This document shows positions 19,424 to 29,741 of a stretch of 64,000 nucleotides of DNA, piece after piece (the stretch's first letter is position 1; the number at the start of each line of letters is the position of its first letter). Source of the DNA: a virus (Duplodnaviria; Caudoviricetes). The stretch spans positions 64,001 through 128,000 of the IMG/VR virus record IMGVR_UViG_642791616_000001, one strand, 5' to 3'. The position numbers and the translations under genes are program-made. The notes under the pieces are model-generated. The model made no database searches. It saw only the letters and a list, made by a program, of their open reading frames with translations, and had not been told where the DNA came from.

Positions 19424-20169
19424 GGTTCGACTTCGACTACTTCTCGGCGAAGCGCTTCGGCTAGGTCGGCGATTTCCGCCTGTGCGCCGTTGCCCTTCCG
19501 TCTCTTAGCGTAGAAGTCTAGTAAAGCGCGTAGGTTAACGGTCAATACGAGATTAGTAGCGGCGGCTTGCGGTAGGACGGCGCGTGCATCTTCTGCCGGT
19601 ACGCCTGCTTTACGCAAAAGATCGTAGCTCTCCTGAGCGTATTTCATTGCGTCATCAAAAACATCTTCCGCAGTTAAGTCGTAATCAGCACACTCTACTG
19701 CGGTCTTATCGCCCATAACCTTTTCCGGAACGACGTAATCGAAACCACCTGACCTATCACCGCTACCCATCCGCACATAACGTTGTGATTGGACGCTGAA
19801 GCTAAAGCCGACGCGGTGTCGTGTTAATTGCGCTAATAGGGCGCGGCTTACGCCTTCGATCGCAAAGGTGAACGTAATTCCTTCTAAAGTAGACGTATGT
19901 TTCGACGCAACAATCTGCCGAATAAGTCTATCCGCGTCAGAACCGGAAGTTCCATCCGATGCAGCCGACCCAAAATATTTAGCGCCTTCTTTAATCGCGA
20001 TTTCAGACGGTTTGTTTGCGCTATAGCAAGTACGGATGGCTGTTAAAGCGAGGATCTTTCCGTCCGTCATATCCGTTAGTTGGTCGGAGGCCTTTTGTAA
20101 TTTCGCTTTAAATTTATCGCTTAATTGCGTATGAAACATTAATTCAACTGACATTTTTGTTTCTGCCAA
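19381..20169 (-). CDS. thyX: FAD-dependent thymidylate synthase
   Basis: [33 protein letters not shown]; TTG start at 20169 behind AGGAGG. Confidence 0.95.
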   Translation of the reverse strand: MAETKMSVELMFHTQLSDKFKAKLQKASDQLTDMTDGKILALTAIRTCYSANKPSEIAIKEGAKYFGSAASDGTSGSDADRLIRQIVASKHTSTLEGITFTFAIEGVSRALLAQLTRHRVGFSFSVQSQRYVRMGSGDRSGGFDYVVPEKVMGDKTAVECADYDLTAEDVFDDAMKYAQESYDLLRKAGVPAEDARAVLPQAAATNLVLTVNLRALLDFYAKRRKGNGAQAEIADLAEALRREVVEVEPWTAQFFEGVSASV

Positions 20170-20644
20170 GACCCATCCTCCTCGTATCCCTATTTTTAAG
20201 TTGTTCCGCCATAGTTGCCCATTTGCAATTTTCTGGACAGTAGTTGCCGTCGTTATCGATCCGTTCAATTGTTAGGTTATCTTGATAACCGTTTACACTA
20301 GCCCATTTATAAAAAGTTTCGAAACCAGTTAGCCAGTCACTACAAATACTAATCCCCCTACCTCCGTATCTATGAAATCTTGGGTTGTTACTATTTAAGC
20401 ACCTATCTTTCATATCCCCGTAAATCTGATAAATTCTAGTACTATGCATACCGTGTTTCGTGCTCGCAAGCCTCTTTAATTCACTACTCACACACCCGCA
20501 ACTTTTAGTTCTTCCATTCTTAATATTTTGCGCAAGAATCCATTTTTCAGTTCCGCAGATGCATTTGGTTAAATAATACCTTCGACTAGAACTCGGTCGT
20601 TTGACTATCTTATTGCCTATGACCGTCAGATAGTTGTAAATCAT
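20144..20644 (-). CDS. Free-standing HNH endonuclease
   Basis: [38 protein letters not shown]; AT-rich. Confidence 0.85.
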   Translation of the reverse strand: MIYNYLTVIGNKIVKRPSSSRRYYLTKCICGTEKWILAQNIKNGRTKSCGCVSSELKRLASTKHGMHSTRIYQIYGDMKDRCLNSNNPRFHRYGGRGISICSDWLTGFETFYKWASVNGYQDNLTIERIDNDGNYCPENCKWATMAEQLKNRDTRRMGLGRNKNVS

Positions 20645-21180
20645 TAACTAACCCCGCTGCTCCCGAAGCCTCCCGAGCCTCGCTCCGTATCTTCCAGCGC
20701 ATCCACAACCGTAAAGGTCGCTTGCTCTACCGGTTTGATGACTGCTTGAGCTATGCGATCTCCTTTGCGGATACTGTACGTTCCTGAATAGACTGTACTC
20801 GGAAGATGAATACGTTCCCCATCGGCGGTGTCGATGTGCCAAGCACGCTTGTGAAATACGCTATGAGGTCCGGCCTCCAAATGCTTAGCGCCGAGTATTG
20901 TCGCATTATCCACGATCACGCCGACCTCGCCCGCATATCCGCTATCTACCGTCCCTAGCTGAACGCGAAGGTGCGTCTTTAACGTAATGCCCGAACGCGG
21001 TCGAATTTGCATTTCGTAGCCCGGCGGAATCTCGAACGCCAAGCCCGTCGGCACTAACACCGTCTCGCCCGGCTCGACAATGACGTCAGCCGCCGCATAT
21101 AGATCGAAGCAGGCGTCCGTCGAGTGTGCGTATGTTGGCGTAGTTGCGTCGGCTGATAGCCGTTTAATATTTACGTTCAT
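20644..21180 (-). CDS. dut: Trimeric dUTPase with insertion
   Basis: [32 protein letters not shown]. Confidence 0.95.
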   Translation of the reverse strand: MNVNIKRLSADATTPTYAHSTDACFDLYAAADVIVEPGETVLVPTGLAFEIPPGYEMQIRPRSGITLKTHLRVQLGTVDSGYAGEVGVIVDNATILGAKHLEAGPHSVFHKRAWHIDTADGERIHLPSTVYSGTYSIRKGDRIAQAVIKPVEQATFTVVDALEDTERGSGGFGSSGVS

Positions 21181-21332
21181 TGCGATTCCTCCTTCAGTGC
21201 GGCGAAAACGACCGCCAACATAGCTGCTTCAATAGTTAGAAACACCGTAAATGACTCGATTATTGACGGCTTAAAACAATCTAACCACGTTATAAATCCG
21301 ACTAGTGCTACGACTGCGCACACGTACCTCAT
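21177..21332 (-). CDS. Small membrane protein (51 aa), paralog A
   Basis: MRYVCAVVALVGFITWLDCFKPSIIESFTVFLTIEAAML...; GGAGG RBS. Confidence 0.6.
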   Translation of the reverse strand: MRYVCAVVALVGFITWLDCFKPSIIESFTVFLTIEAAMLAVVFAALKEESQ

Positions 21333-21485
21333 CTACTCGTCCTCCAATAATTCGAAATCGACCGATTCCGAGTAATAGCCGTTAACTGATTCGAACCAAC
21401 GGATAGTAACGTCGCCTTGGATGGTCGCAAACTTGTAAAAAGTCGACGTGTACGAACAGCAGTGATATTCTTCCGAACGTTCATC
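21333..21485 (-). pseudogene. Start-less C-terminal remnant of a conserved phage protein
   Basis: Reading frame ...TFYKFATIQGDVTIRWFESVNGYYSESVDF...; the adjacent ATG is out of frame. Confidence 0.45.
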
Positions 21486-21631
21486 TACTCGCCCTCCTTT
21501 TTAACCGCGCCCGTAAGTAAGGCCGCCGCAATAGTAACGAAGTAAATTACGGTCTCTACGTTGGATGGCCTAGAACATTCCAACCACGTCGCGGTACCGA
21601 TTATCACTATTCCCGCTAGAATATAACGCAT
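21485..21631 (-). CDS. Small membrane protein (48 aa), paralog B
   Basis: MRYILAGIVIIGTATWLECSRPSNVETVIYFVTIAAALL... Confidence 0.6.
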   Translation of the reverse strand: MRYILAGIVIIGTATWLECSRPSNVETVIYFVTIAAALLTGAVKKEGE

Positions 21632-21802
21632 TTATTCGCCCTCCTTCGCCTTCTTACCGTCCTCAAACGGTAGCGTAACAACGTATAACAAGAACGGCGC
21701 TCCCGCCGCCACGAACCACCAAAAGCCCGCTGCATGTGCGTACCAAAATGCCGGCACGATGGACGCCGCAATTAAAGCGCCTCGATTAATCGTCTGTCGC
21801 AT
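21632..21802 (-). CDS. Small membrane protein (56 aa)
   Basis: MRQTINRGALIAASIVPAFWYAHAAGFWWFV...; AAGGAG RBS. Confidence 0.6.
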   Translation of the reverse strand: MRQTINRGALIAASIVPAFWYAHAAGFWWFVAAGAPFLLYVVTLPFEDGKKAKEGE

Positions 21803-21829
21803 ACGATCAGCTCCTTATTTTCGCTTTCA

Positions 21830-21868
21830 CTTATACAGTCGCATGTGGGCGGTGGAAATCGGGACATT
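21830..21868 (-). promoter_or_regulatory. Conserved phage promoter/operator motif, copy 1
   Basis: AATGTCCCGATT..CCACATGCGACTGTATAAG. Confidence 0.75.
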
Positions 21869-21898
21869 AATCGGCAGGAAAATGAAAATATCCGGTTA

Positions 21899-22651
21899 TC
21901 AGGCGCTTTTACTCCGTCCCCAATTTGATTCGCGGATGAGTTCGAAAGTCCAACCGTTGTAATCGGCTCGTTCACCGCGAAGACATTTCTTAATGGTGGG
22001 TCGGTGCAGGCCGTGTTTGGCTGCGAAGGGTCGTAGGCCGGAAACCGTAAATGATTCACCGGAAGGCGATGTCGCTTTGAATAGCAATCTCGCTTTCGTT
22101 AGGTCTCTATTTCGATTATTTACAGCCTGGGAAACGAAAGTGCACGTATTTAATGAATAGACCATTTCAGATTTAGGAATACCTTTCTGCTTTAAGTCCT
22201 TATCTAAAAATATCTTTCTATCAGCAAATAAATCAGGCTCAAATCCGTCTATGAACGTGAAATCTTTGACGAAATTGGCAAAACAATGCCACTTCTCGCA
22301 GACAGTAACGCCTTTAGCACCGTAATCTTGAAATTGGGGAGAGTTTTCATCGTAACAGCGTTCCAACATTCCATTCCAAACGTTATACTCTCTTTTGTGA
22401 TCCACCATTCTTGCGTCTCCGAGATACCCCACGCCGAAAACAGTCCTTTCAGTTCGATCTCTAACAGTACCTCTAGTAATTTGAACCTTCTCGACAGCAT
22501 ATTGATAGCCTGATTTAGTGAATCTGACTACATATTTACAGGCCCTCCCTTTCTGTCCGCTAATTTTATCTATTACAGTAAATTCGTGTCCGGAATTATT
22601 AGAATACGTTGCGCCAATTATGGAACTAGGCGTCAAAGTGAAAATCCTCAT
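21899..22651 (-). CDS. Free-standing HNH-like endonuclease overlapping nrdF 3' end
   Basis: [36 protein letters not shown]-terminal NUMOD1-like HTH. Confidence 0.75.
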   Translation of the reverse strand: MRIFTLTPSSIIGATYSNNSGHEFTVIDKISGQKGRACKYVVRFTKSGYQYAVEKVQITRGTVRDRTERTVFGVGYLGDARMVDHKREYNVWNGMLERCYDENSPQFQDYGAKGVTVCEKWHCFANFVKDFTFIDGFEPDLFADRKIFLDKDLKQKGIPKSEMVYSLNTCTFVSQAVNNRNRDLTKARLLFKATSPSGESFTVSGLRPFAAKHGLHRPTIKKCLRGERADYNGWTFELIRESNWGRSKSA

Positions 22652-23615
22652 CTCTAAGCGCCTCGACCGTCGCCTTTTTGTAGCCGTTCCCTTGCATGCT
22701 AAAGAAGTCATGTGCCTTCGTCTTCGTACTCAGTCCGTTAATCACGATCGGGTTGACCAGCTCATCCGGAAAGTGCGCATCGAATCCGAGGTTCATGAGC
22801 GCCTTATTCGCGTTGTACCTAACGAAAGCCTTAACGTCATGCGCCAAGCCGACCGCACCGTACACATCGTCCGTATATGCGACTTCATTCTCGTACAGCT
22901 CCGTTAATAACCCGAGCGACCATTCGTGTAAATCCGCCCTCACGTCGTCCGTCTGACGGTTGTATATTTCCTGCGCAAGCAAACCGACGTAGACGCCATG
23001 GATCGCTTCGTCACGGATAATAAGGTTAATAATCTCGCCGCTCTGCATCATGCGCCCTTGACCGTAGAAATACAACGGGTAATAAAAGCCGCTGTAGAAT
23101 AGGAAACTTTCGAGATATACCGAAGCGACCATCGCTTTATACAACGAAATGTCGTCGCCTGCCTTGATATCGCGATAAAGGTCGGTGATCAGCTTCGCTT
23201 TGCGTTGCAAGTACCGGTTCTCTTTAACCCATTCGAAGACGGCCGTAATAGTTTCCGAAGGCGCAAGCGTTAGAAAGATATTCGAGTAAGACTTCGCATG
23301 TACTGCGTTCTCCATCATCGCCATGAAGTTGAGGACGGCCTTGCGTTGGTGACCGTCTACGTGCGCCATGATGGCGGGCATGCCGGTGTTTCCTTGCTCC
23401 GTATCTAATAACGTCAGGCCGGCGAGCACTTTCATATACGTGTCGCGTTCGGCAGGCGTCAGGTCTTTCCACGCGAGTAGGTCGCCGTTAAGCGAAATCT
23501 CCTCCGGTAGCCAAAACTGCTTGACGTTCTGATCGTAGAACATGGCCGTAAAATTATCGTCTGATTGCGACCAGTTGGCCGCTGTGTATATTTCATTTTC
23601 GATAGGTTCCGTCAT
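22626..23615 (-). CDS. nrdF: Class Ib ribonucleotide reductase beta subunit
   Basis: [36 protein letters not shown]. Confidence 0.97.
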   Translation of the reverse strand: MTEPIENEIYTAANWSQSDDNFTAMFYDQNVKQFWLPEEISLNGDLLAWKDLTPAERDTYMKVLAGLTLLDTEQGNTGMPAIMAHVDGHQRKAVLNFMAMMENAVHAKSYSNIFLTLAPSETITAVFEWVKENRYLQRKAKLITDLYRDIKAGDDISLYKAMVASVYLESFLFYSGFYYPLYFYGQGRMMQSGEIINLIIRDEAIHGVYVGLLAQEIYNRQTDDVRADLHEWSLGLLTELYENEVAYTDDVYGAVGLAHDVKAFVRYNANKALMNLGFDAHFPDELVNPIVINGLSTKTKAHDFFSMQGNGYKKATVEALRDEDFHFDA

Positions 23616-23663
23616 TATTAATCCTCCTAACGATAGTTTTTTAAAAAGTTTGATTCAGACACT

Positions 23664-23894
23664 TTAAAGCACATCTACATGTTGAAAGAAGGCTTTCTTA
23701 ACCGTTGTATCCGCCACTCCACACTGCTCTGCTACACTGGTAAATGTGTTCTTACCTTTGATAGATTCCTTGCCTATGCGCTTGAATAATCGCCCTGTAA
23801 TCTTGTCGTTTCTTGCGATAGAGATAAAGTAGTCAGAGAATGTAGAATCGCAGTGAGGGCATTTGTAACGATTTTGAATGACTTCGAGAAAGTC
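23664..23894 (-). pseudogene. ISL3-family transposase fragment
   Basis: RYKCPHCDSTF Zn finger plus TFTSVAEQCGVADTTVKKAF HTH; no start codon; in frame behind the MTase stop. Confidence 0.6.
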
Positions 23895-24692
23895 TTATTG
23901 GTAGGAAGCTAAATCATCACCTAATTGGACTTGTTCAAGACGTTTATTAGCAAGTTGGTAAAACGTTGGGTCAGTCTCAAAACCTATCCATTTTCTTTGG
24001 CTGATTATAGATGCGACAGCTGTTGTGCCAGAACCCATGCAGTTATCGAGAACTATATCTGATTGGTCTGTGTAAGTTCGTATCAAATATTCGCACATCT
24101 CCACAGGTTTTTGTGTTGGGTGGATATTATCTTTATCTTTTAAAAATGTTTGGATACTTACTGGATGTCTGCCCTCATTTACTTTTTCAAAATTGTCTCG
24201 CAACGAGCCTCCGTTGAAGATTTCTCCCTTGTGGCTGCTTCTCTTAACCTTATATTCCTTCCCTTCTGTTTTTTGCGGAAAATAAGTTGCCGTACCCTTT
24301 TTGTTTGGACTTGCAGGAAGTTTACTGAAAACGAGAATATTTTCATGAACCTTAAGTGGTTGGTGGTTAGAGTTTAGGAAATTCGCTCCCTTTGTTTTAT
24401 CCCAAATCCATTCGTACCTGAACATAGAAGGATTACTGTTAACTAAATAACTTGTAAACGGTTGACTACCGAACAGAACGACATTGCCAGTTTCTTTGAT
24501 GATTCGTTTGTACTGCTCCCATAACTTTTCAATTGGGATGATTTTATCCCACCTTTTAACGTCAGTTGTTCCGTAAGGTAAGTCACATAAAATTAAGTCT
24601 ACGGATTCATCAGGAATTAATTTCATCCCTTCGAGACAGTCCATTTGATATATTCTATTAAGTTCTAAGCTCCCGAGTAACTCTTTCTCCAT
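23895..24692 (-). CDS. Orphan N4C/N6A DNA methyltransferase (beta class)
   Basis: DLILCDLPYG, HPTQKP, LDNCMGSGTT. Confidence 0.92.
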   Translation of the reverse strand: MEKELLGSLELNRIYQMDCLEGMKLIPDESVDLILCDLPYGTTDVKRWDKIIPIEKLWEQYKRIIKETGNVVLFGSQPFTSYLVNSNPSMFRYEWIWDKTKGANFLNSNHQPLKVHENILVFSKLPASPNKKGTATYFPQKTEGKEYKVKRSSHKGEIFNGGSLRDNFEKVNEGRHPVSIQTFLKDKDNIHPTQKPVEMCEYLIRTYTDQSDIVLDNCMGSGTTAVASIISQRKWIGFETDPTFYQLANKRLEQVQLGDDLASYQ

Positions 24693-24876
24693 ATAACGCC
24701 TCCGAATATTTATATTTTTTTGTATAAACATTCATCTACCTAACATGAATATTCATACAGTCCCACACAGGATCCTTTGCCGAAGATTCCCTATGAAAGT
24801 TGACGTAACTGCTAATCTACCTTGTTAATTATTTACAGGGTTTCCCCTGAGAAGTTTGTATGCCCAAATATTATTG

Positions 24877-26190
24877 TCAGACTGCGCAACTTAGACAGCC
24901 TTCCTGCCCAGTATCTTTAGTGCGCGCATAATAAAGCGTCTTGATGCCTTTGTGGTGCGCGTACAGGTCAATTCGATTCAAATCGCGCGTCGTCATCGTA
25001 TCTTTTAAGAACAGCGTAAATGAGATGCCTTGGTCGACGTGCTGCTGAATCGTAGCGATCATATCGACGACCTTAAACATATCCATGTCGTACGCTTCTT
25101 TATAGAAGAACCAGTTTTGCGGCGATAACCCCGGCATTGGATAGTACGTCTTCGAGTTTCCGTAAGTCCGTTCCTCAATGCGCTCCATAATCGGCATGAC
25201 CGAAGCTGTCGCCGACTGTACATACGAAATAGATCCGTTAGGCGCAATCGCAAGTCTATAGGCGTGGTATAGTCCGTGAAGATTTACGTTATCGCTCAGG
25301 ACTTGCCATTCGAGAGGCGTCGGAATCACGATGTCTTTAAACAACGCCCGCACTTTATCCGTTTTTGGTCGGTAATCACCTTCGAGGTACTTATCGAAAT
25401 ACTCTCCGCTCGCATACGTAGATCCCTCGTAGCCTTCAAACGTAGTTCCCGTTTCCTGCGCCAATTCATTCGAGCGCACTAACGTCCAGTAATTGACCGT
25501 AGCGAAGAATACGTTAGCAAAGTCACGAGCTTCTTCCGATTCATATGCGATTCCATTCTGCGCTAAATAGCCGTGCAGATTCATCGCGCCAAGTCCGATA
25601 GAACGCATCTCACGGTTAGCCTTTGCGACGGCCGGCGCGTTCTTGATATTCGTAGATTCCGAAACTACGGTCAGCGCATCGACGGCTAGTTTGACGGCGT
25701 TTTCGATCGATCCACCCGCCATTACATTCGCGATATTAAGAGAGCCGAGGTTGCACGAAATATCTAAGCCGATATCGTCCGGTTCGCCATAGTCGGTGTA
25801 TTCCGAGACGGTCGAAGCCTGAAGCACCTCCGAACAGAGATTCGAGAACTTAACGCGGCTGATATGGTTCAGCGCATGCTCTCGGTTAACGTTGTCTTGA
25901 AACATCATGTACGGATACCCCGACTCTGAACGCAGAACGGCCATCTTTTCGAGTAGCTGGCGCGGGTTAATACGTTCCTTCCGCACCGCCGGATTATTCA
26001 CGAGTTCATCGTACATTGCGCCGATATCCATTTCGTCTAAATGCGTGCCGTACGCCTTATAGACCGTATGCGGATAGAAAACGTAAGCCGGTCGGTCTTC
26101 TCGCGCTAGTTCGATGAATTTGTCGGGCACAACGACGCCGATTGACAGCGTTTTGACTCGGACGTCTTCATCTGCCGAGATTTTTTTGGT
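24877..26190 (-). CDS. nrdE: Ribonucleotide reductase alpha subunit, exon 2
   Basis: Resumes TKKISADEDVRVKTLSIG; SNLCSE, SCNLGS, APNGSIS, KTLYY, C-terminal CLSC. Confidence 0.95.
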   Translation of the reverse strand, partial: TKKISADEDVRVKTLSIGVVVPDKFIELAREDRPAYVFYPHTVYKAYGTHLDEMDIGAMYDELVNNPAVRKERINPRQLLEKMAVLRSESGYPYMMFQDNVNREHALNHISRVKFSNLCSEVLQASTVSEYTDYGEPDDIGLDISCNLGSLNIANVMAGGSIENAVKLAVDALTVVSESTNIKNAPAVAKANREMRSIGLGAMNLHGYLAQNGIAYESEEARDFANVFFATVNYWTLVRSNELAQETGTTFEGYEGSTYASGEYFDKYLEGDYRPKTDKVRALFKDIVIPTPLEWQVLSDNVNLHGLYHAYRLAIAPNGSISYVQSATASVMPIMERIEERTYGNSKTYYPMPGLSPQNWFFYKEAYDMDMFKVVDMIATIQQHVDQGISFTLFLKDTMTTRDLNRIDLYAHHKGIKTLYYARTKDTGQEGCLSCAV

Positions 26191-27139
26191 CAGTTACCCT
26201 CGTATTTCTACGAGGACTGGACTATATCATCGTCTACGTGAGACGCCTTGCGCTTCAACCGGTGCTAATCTCCGGCTTACTATTAGTCTCTACACCTTCC
26301 GAGCACCGATAATAATTTTTGAACTTTGGGTTGTTCACACGACTTGTGATAGTCGTCCGGCTAATCCCTAACTGACGACTCGCCTCTGCCATTGAACGAT
26401 AAAATACGCCATTTACACATATCCTTGCGTTATTCCCATTGTTCAAACGAAGTTTTAAGCATTCACTCTCTGATTTTACTCGTCCTTTATGTGCCTCAGA
26501 CATTTTACGTCGCGTCTCTGTCGTATGTTTTCTGCCATCGAATCGTTTAGTTATTAAACTACGCATCATCTGCATGTGCTCCATATTGTTGTACCATGGA
26601 TTATTTTCACCTGAATTTATTACAGATAATTTCCGCTTAACATCTTCACTATGTGTCCGCCCAAACATTGGGTTTTTATGTCCCGTGTACGACATTCCGA
26701 ATGCGTTGTGATACAAGTTATACCTTAGATGTTTGTCGCATCTATCTATCCAATACTGCTCAGCTTCGAAAAGAGCGTGCCTTTCAATTTCACCGAAACT
26801 CTGCAATACTTTAAATTCAAAAGCTTTTTCGCCCATCAAATTAAAATCCTCTTGTAAAGGCTGATTGTGGTGTATGCCCTTTCTTAGTAAGTTGATGTGA
26901 GCATTTTTTCTTTTTTGAAAATCTGAACTACTTCCGATATAACACTTACCGTTTTTCATGTTTTTAATTTCGTAAACAGCGTTCACTTTTTCACCTCCTT
27001 TGGTGCTCGGCTTGGCACGGGATTGCCACCACCCTTACGTGCTGAGGTTTCCCCGTTAGCCCTCGTATGAGGACACCGCTTTTGCATGCGTTCACAAGGT
27101 TTTCACTACCCAATCGCTTGGATAGGCGACTACCATTTA
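26191..27139 (-). mobile_element. Group I intron in nrdE
   Basis: Exon 1 ends in U (..CTCGAT), intron ends in G (..GTAACTG); core elements GCTAACGGGGAAACC, GGCAATCCCGTGCCAAGC, GTAGAGACTA, GATATAGTCC; splicing restores FLD|TKK. Confidence 0.92.
26255..26986 (-). CDS. Intron-encoded GIY-YIG homing endonuclease with NUMOD3 repeats
   Basis: AVYEI.N..NGKCYIGSS, EQYWID, HSEDVKRKLS / HTTETRRKMS. Confidence 0.93.
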   Translation of the reverse strand: MNAVYEIKNMKNGKCYIGSSSDFQKRKNAHINLLRKGIHHNQPLQEDFNLMGEKAFEFKVLQSFGEIERHALFEAEQYWIDRCDKHLRYNLYHNAFGMSYTGHKNPMFGRTHSEDVKRKLSVINSGENNPWYNNMEHMQMMRSLITKRFDGRKHTTETRRKMSEAHKGRVKSESECLKLRLNNGNNARICVNGVFYRSMAEASRQLGISRTTITSRVNNPKFKNYYRCSEGVETNSKPEISTG

Positions 27140-27925
27140 ATCGAGAAAATCATTAATATCCGCGTGGAATACGTTTAGATAAGCTGCGCCCGCGCCCTGT
27201 CTTTGGCCCATCTGATCCGCATATCGGAACGCATTATCGAGTAGCTTCATAACGCCGACTACGCCTTTAGTCGCTCCGGCAACGTCCTTAATCGACTCAC
27301 CTTTTGCGCGAATCTTTGAAAGATTAAGCGACACGCCCCCACCTGACTTCGATAGCTGCATCGAAATGTCGATTGCGCGTGAGATATCGTTCAGCGAGTC
27401 GTTAACTTCGAGCAGGAAACACGACACCATCTCGCCTCTACGCTTGCGCCCGGCATTTAAAAACGTAGGAGTCGCCGGTTGGTATTCCTGGCGGATCATT
27501 AGTTTCGCAAACTCGATCGCCTTGGCCCCGTCACCTTTTCCGAAGTACAGCGCACAGCAAGCGATACGGTCTTCGTAGCGTTCGAGAATCTTTTTGCGAT
27601 CGTTCGTCTTCAGCGCGTAGTCGTTGTAGAATTTGAATGCGCTCATGAACGAAGGGAATCGGAACTTTGCGGCGTAGGCCGTTTTATAGACTGCCTTGAT
27701 TTCCTCGAATGTATAAGCGTCAAGGAACTCCGTCTCGTAGTAATCGTTATCGCGCAGATAGTCGAGCTTTTCTTTTAAATCGTGGAAAAATACGGTGTTT
27801 TGATTTACGTAGTCTATAAAATAAGCACGGACGGCCTCTTCGTCTTTCTCGAATTGAAACCGCCCGTCTTTTTGAATCATAATTTCGTTATTTAACTCGA
27901 TATAACTTGCGCTGCTATTTGTCAT
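27140..27925 (-). CDS. nrdE: Ribonucleotide reductase alpha subunit, exon 1
   Basis: YIELNN, FPSFMSAFKFY, QPATPTFLN, VSCFL, GQRQGAG. Confidence 0.95.
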
Positions 27926-28688
27926 GTGGCGCCTCCTTTATTGATGATCCCCGTACACTAGAATCTAAACGCTGATTAGCTCTCTTCGCATATTCTGTCT
28001 CAATCTCAAAACCTATAAAATTACGATTTAATTGAGTCGCCGCTACCGCCGTTGTCCCTGAACCTATACAACTATCAAGAATAATGTCGCCTTCATTTGT
28101 GAACGTTTTAATTAGCCACTCGAATAGTTTCACTGGTTTTTGGGTTGGATGACCTCCCTTTTCACGGATTTGGGGAATCTCAATTATCGACGTTGGGTAT
28201 CTCCTGCCGTCGCTCTTCGTTTCATTCTCATTTTGGCTCCCATAGTTACTTGTTGAATGTTTCCGTCTCACTTCGTAAGAGTCTCCGAATGTAAATTGAG
28301 GATTGTATGTCGGAGGTTTCTTATAAAAAATTAAAATGTCCTCGTGTTTTCTTAGGGGCATCCTTTTCGCATTGAGGAATCCGGTTATTTGCTTTTTATC
28401 CCAAGTAATGTCGTACCTGAATAATTTCGGATTACTCGATACTAATAAACTAGTGAAAGGCTGTGCCGCTGTAAGCACTATCGCGCCGTTATCTTTTACG
28501 ACTCTTTCGTACTGTTCCCAAAGAGAGTCTAAAGGAATAACAATATCCCACTTATTTCGAGTTGTGCCGTAAGGTAAATCGCAAAGTATCATATCGATCG
28601 ACTTATCCGGCAGCATACGCATCCCTTCGATACAATCGCGCTGATATATCCGATTCAATTCGAGTTCCCCGATCATCTCTTTACCCAA
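27915..28688 (-). CDS. Second orphan N4C/N6A DNA methyltransferase (beta class)
   Basis: DMILCDLPYG, HPTQKP, LDSCIGSGTT. Confidence 0.92.
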   Translation of the reverse strand: MGKEMIGELELNRIYQRDCIEGMRMLPDKSIDMILCDLPYGTTRNKWDIVIPLDSLWEQYERVVKDNGAIVLTAAQPFTSLLVSSNPKLFRYDITWDKKQITGFLNAKRMPLRKHEDILIFYKKPPTYNPQFTFGDSYEVRRKHSTSNYGSQNENETKSDGRRYPTSIIEIPQIREKGGHPTQKPVKLFEWLIKTFTNEGDIILDSCIGSGTTAVAATQLNRNFIGFEIETEYAKRANQRLDSSVRGSSIKEAPHDK

Positions 28689-29040
28689 GCGCCTTCACCC
28701 TTTCCGTAAATTGTTTTACGTCCTCTTCCGTCCCTGCTAATTCGAATTTACCGATCACCGGCACATCATAAAGCGTCGCAATAACGTCGGCAGCCGCTCC
28801 AAAGCCGTCTCCCCAATTTCGATTTCCCGACGCCGCTATGCCGACCATCCAATCGCCATTATCCTTAAGCCATTCGCTTACCGTTGCGGGCGGCTGACCG
28901 AAGTCGTAAGTCGGCGTTACCAGCACGAACGGTTCCTCAACGACCTCGCCGGTCTTGATTTCGCGTGCCTGACCGCCTAGTCCGGTCTTAGCGATGAACC
29001 GCCGCACGTTGCCCGTCAGCGAGTAGAAATATACGTTCAC
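28681..29040 (-). CDS. nrdI: NrdI flavodoxin
   Basis: YSLTGNVRRF, TPTYDFG, ASGNRNWG, KFELAG; GTG start at 29040. Confidence 0.93.
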   Translation of the reverse strand: MNVYFYSLTGNVRRFIAKTGLGGQAREIKTGEVVEEPFVLVTPTYDFGQPPATVSEWLKDNGDWMVGIAASGNRNWGDGFGAAADVIATLYDVPVIGKFELAGTEEDVKQFTERVKALG

Positions 29041-29201
29041 GGCTGAACTCCGGTCGCGTACGCTAATAAAACCGCAGTAGGAATGATCAGCAAGACGAGG
29101 CCGGCTATTTTCGTCGTGATTTCTTCGTATGATTTCGCCTTCATCCCGCCCACAAAAATGATGAGGATCGCGAGGCTGAATAACGCAATGTACGTACTCA
29201 T
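29037..29201 (-). CDS. Small two-helix membrane protein (54 aa)
   Basis: MSTYIALFSLAILIIFVGG...; stop overlaps nrdI start (GTGA). Confidence 0.55.
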   Translation of the reverse strand: MSTYIALFSLAILIIFVGGMKAKSYEEITTKIAGLVLLIIPTAVLLAYATGVQP

Positions 29202-29531
29202 TCGTCTCCACCTTCCGATTCATCTAACGAAGAAAGTTCGGCTTCAAGTTTTCCCACCTTTTCATATGCGTGACTAACCTCTCTTTCTAAGTCTTCAATT
29301 TCGCTTTTTCCGACTTCGATCATTTCGTAAATTCCGAATAGTTCCGTCTCTATTTCTTCTCTCGTTCTCATCCGCGGTCACCCTTTCCGAAATCGTCCAT
29401 GCTTCGTCCTAACTTATTTAACTGCCGTTCAACCTCTGCGATACCTTCTTCGCCAAAGTACGCCGGATCTGCGCCGAGAACTTTGGACGCTTCTTCCATC
29501 GCCTTGGCGTAAATAGTGTCGTCGTTGTCCG

Positions 29532-29741
29532 TCATCCACGCCCACCTCTCCGCTCAATTTCCGCTTCTAATTCCGCAATTCTAGCAGCCGTCCGGTCACG
29601 CTCGATTTCCGTCTCGACGCGTTTCAGTTCTAGTCGCATGAGTGCGTATTCGTGATCGCCTAAATCCGATTCGAGTCGCCGTTTCATGTCGAGTAAATTA
29701 GCGATTGGCGCAACGAAAATATCACCGTATTCCATCGTCAT
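29532..29741 (-). CDS. Hypothetical coiled-coil protein
   Basis: ORF track, coupled genes. Confidence 0.55.
   Translation of the reverse strand: MTMEYGDIFVAPIANLLDMKRRLESDLGDHEYALMRLELKRVETEIERDRTAARIAELEAEIERRGGRG

Noticed and set aside
24877-27925. nrdE pseudogene or intein
   Set aside because: The in-frame stop is the first intron codon; group I core motifs and U/G splice boundaries restore the frame
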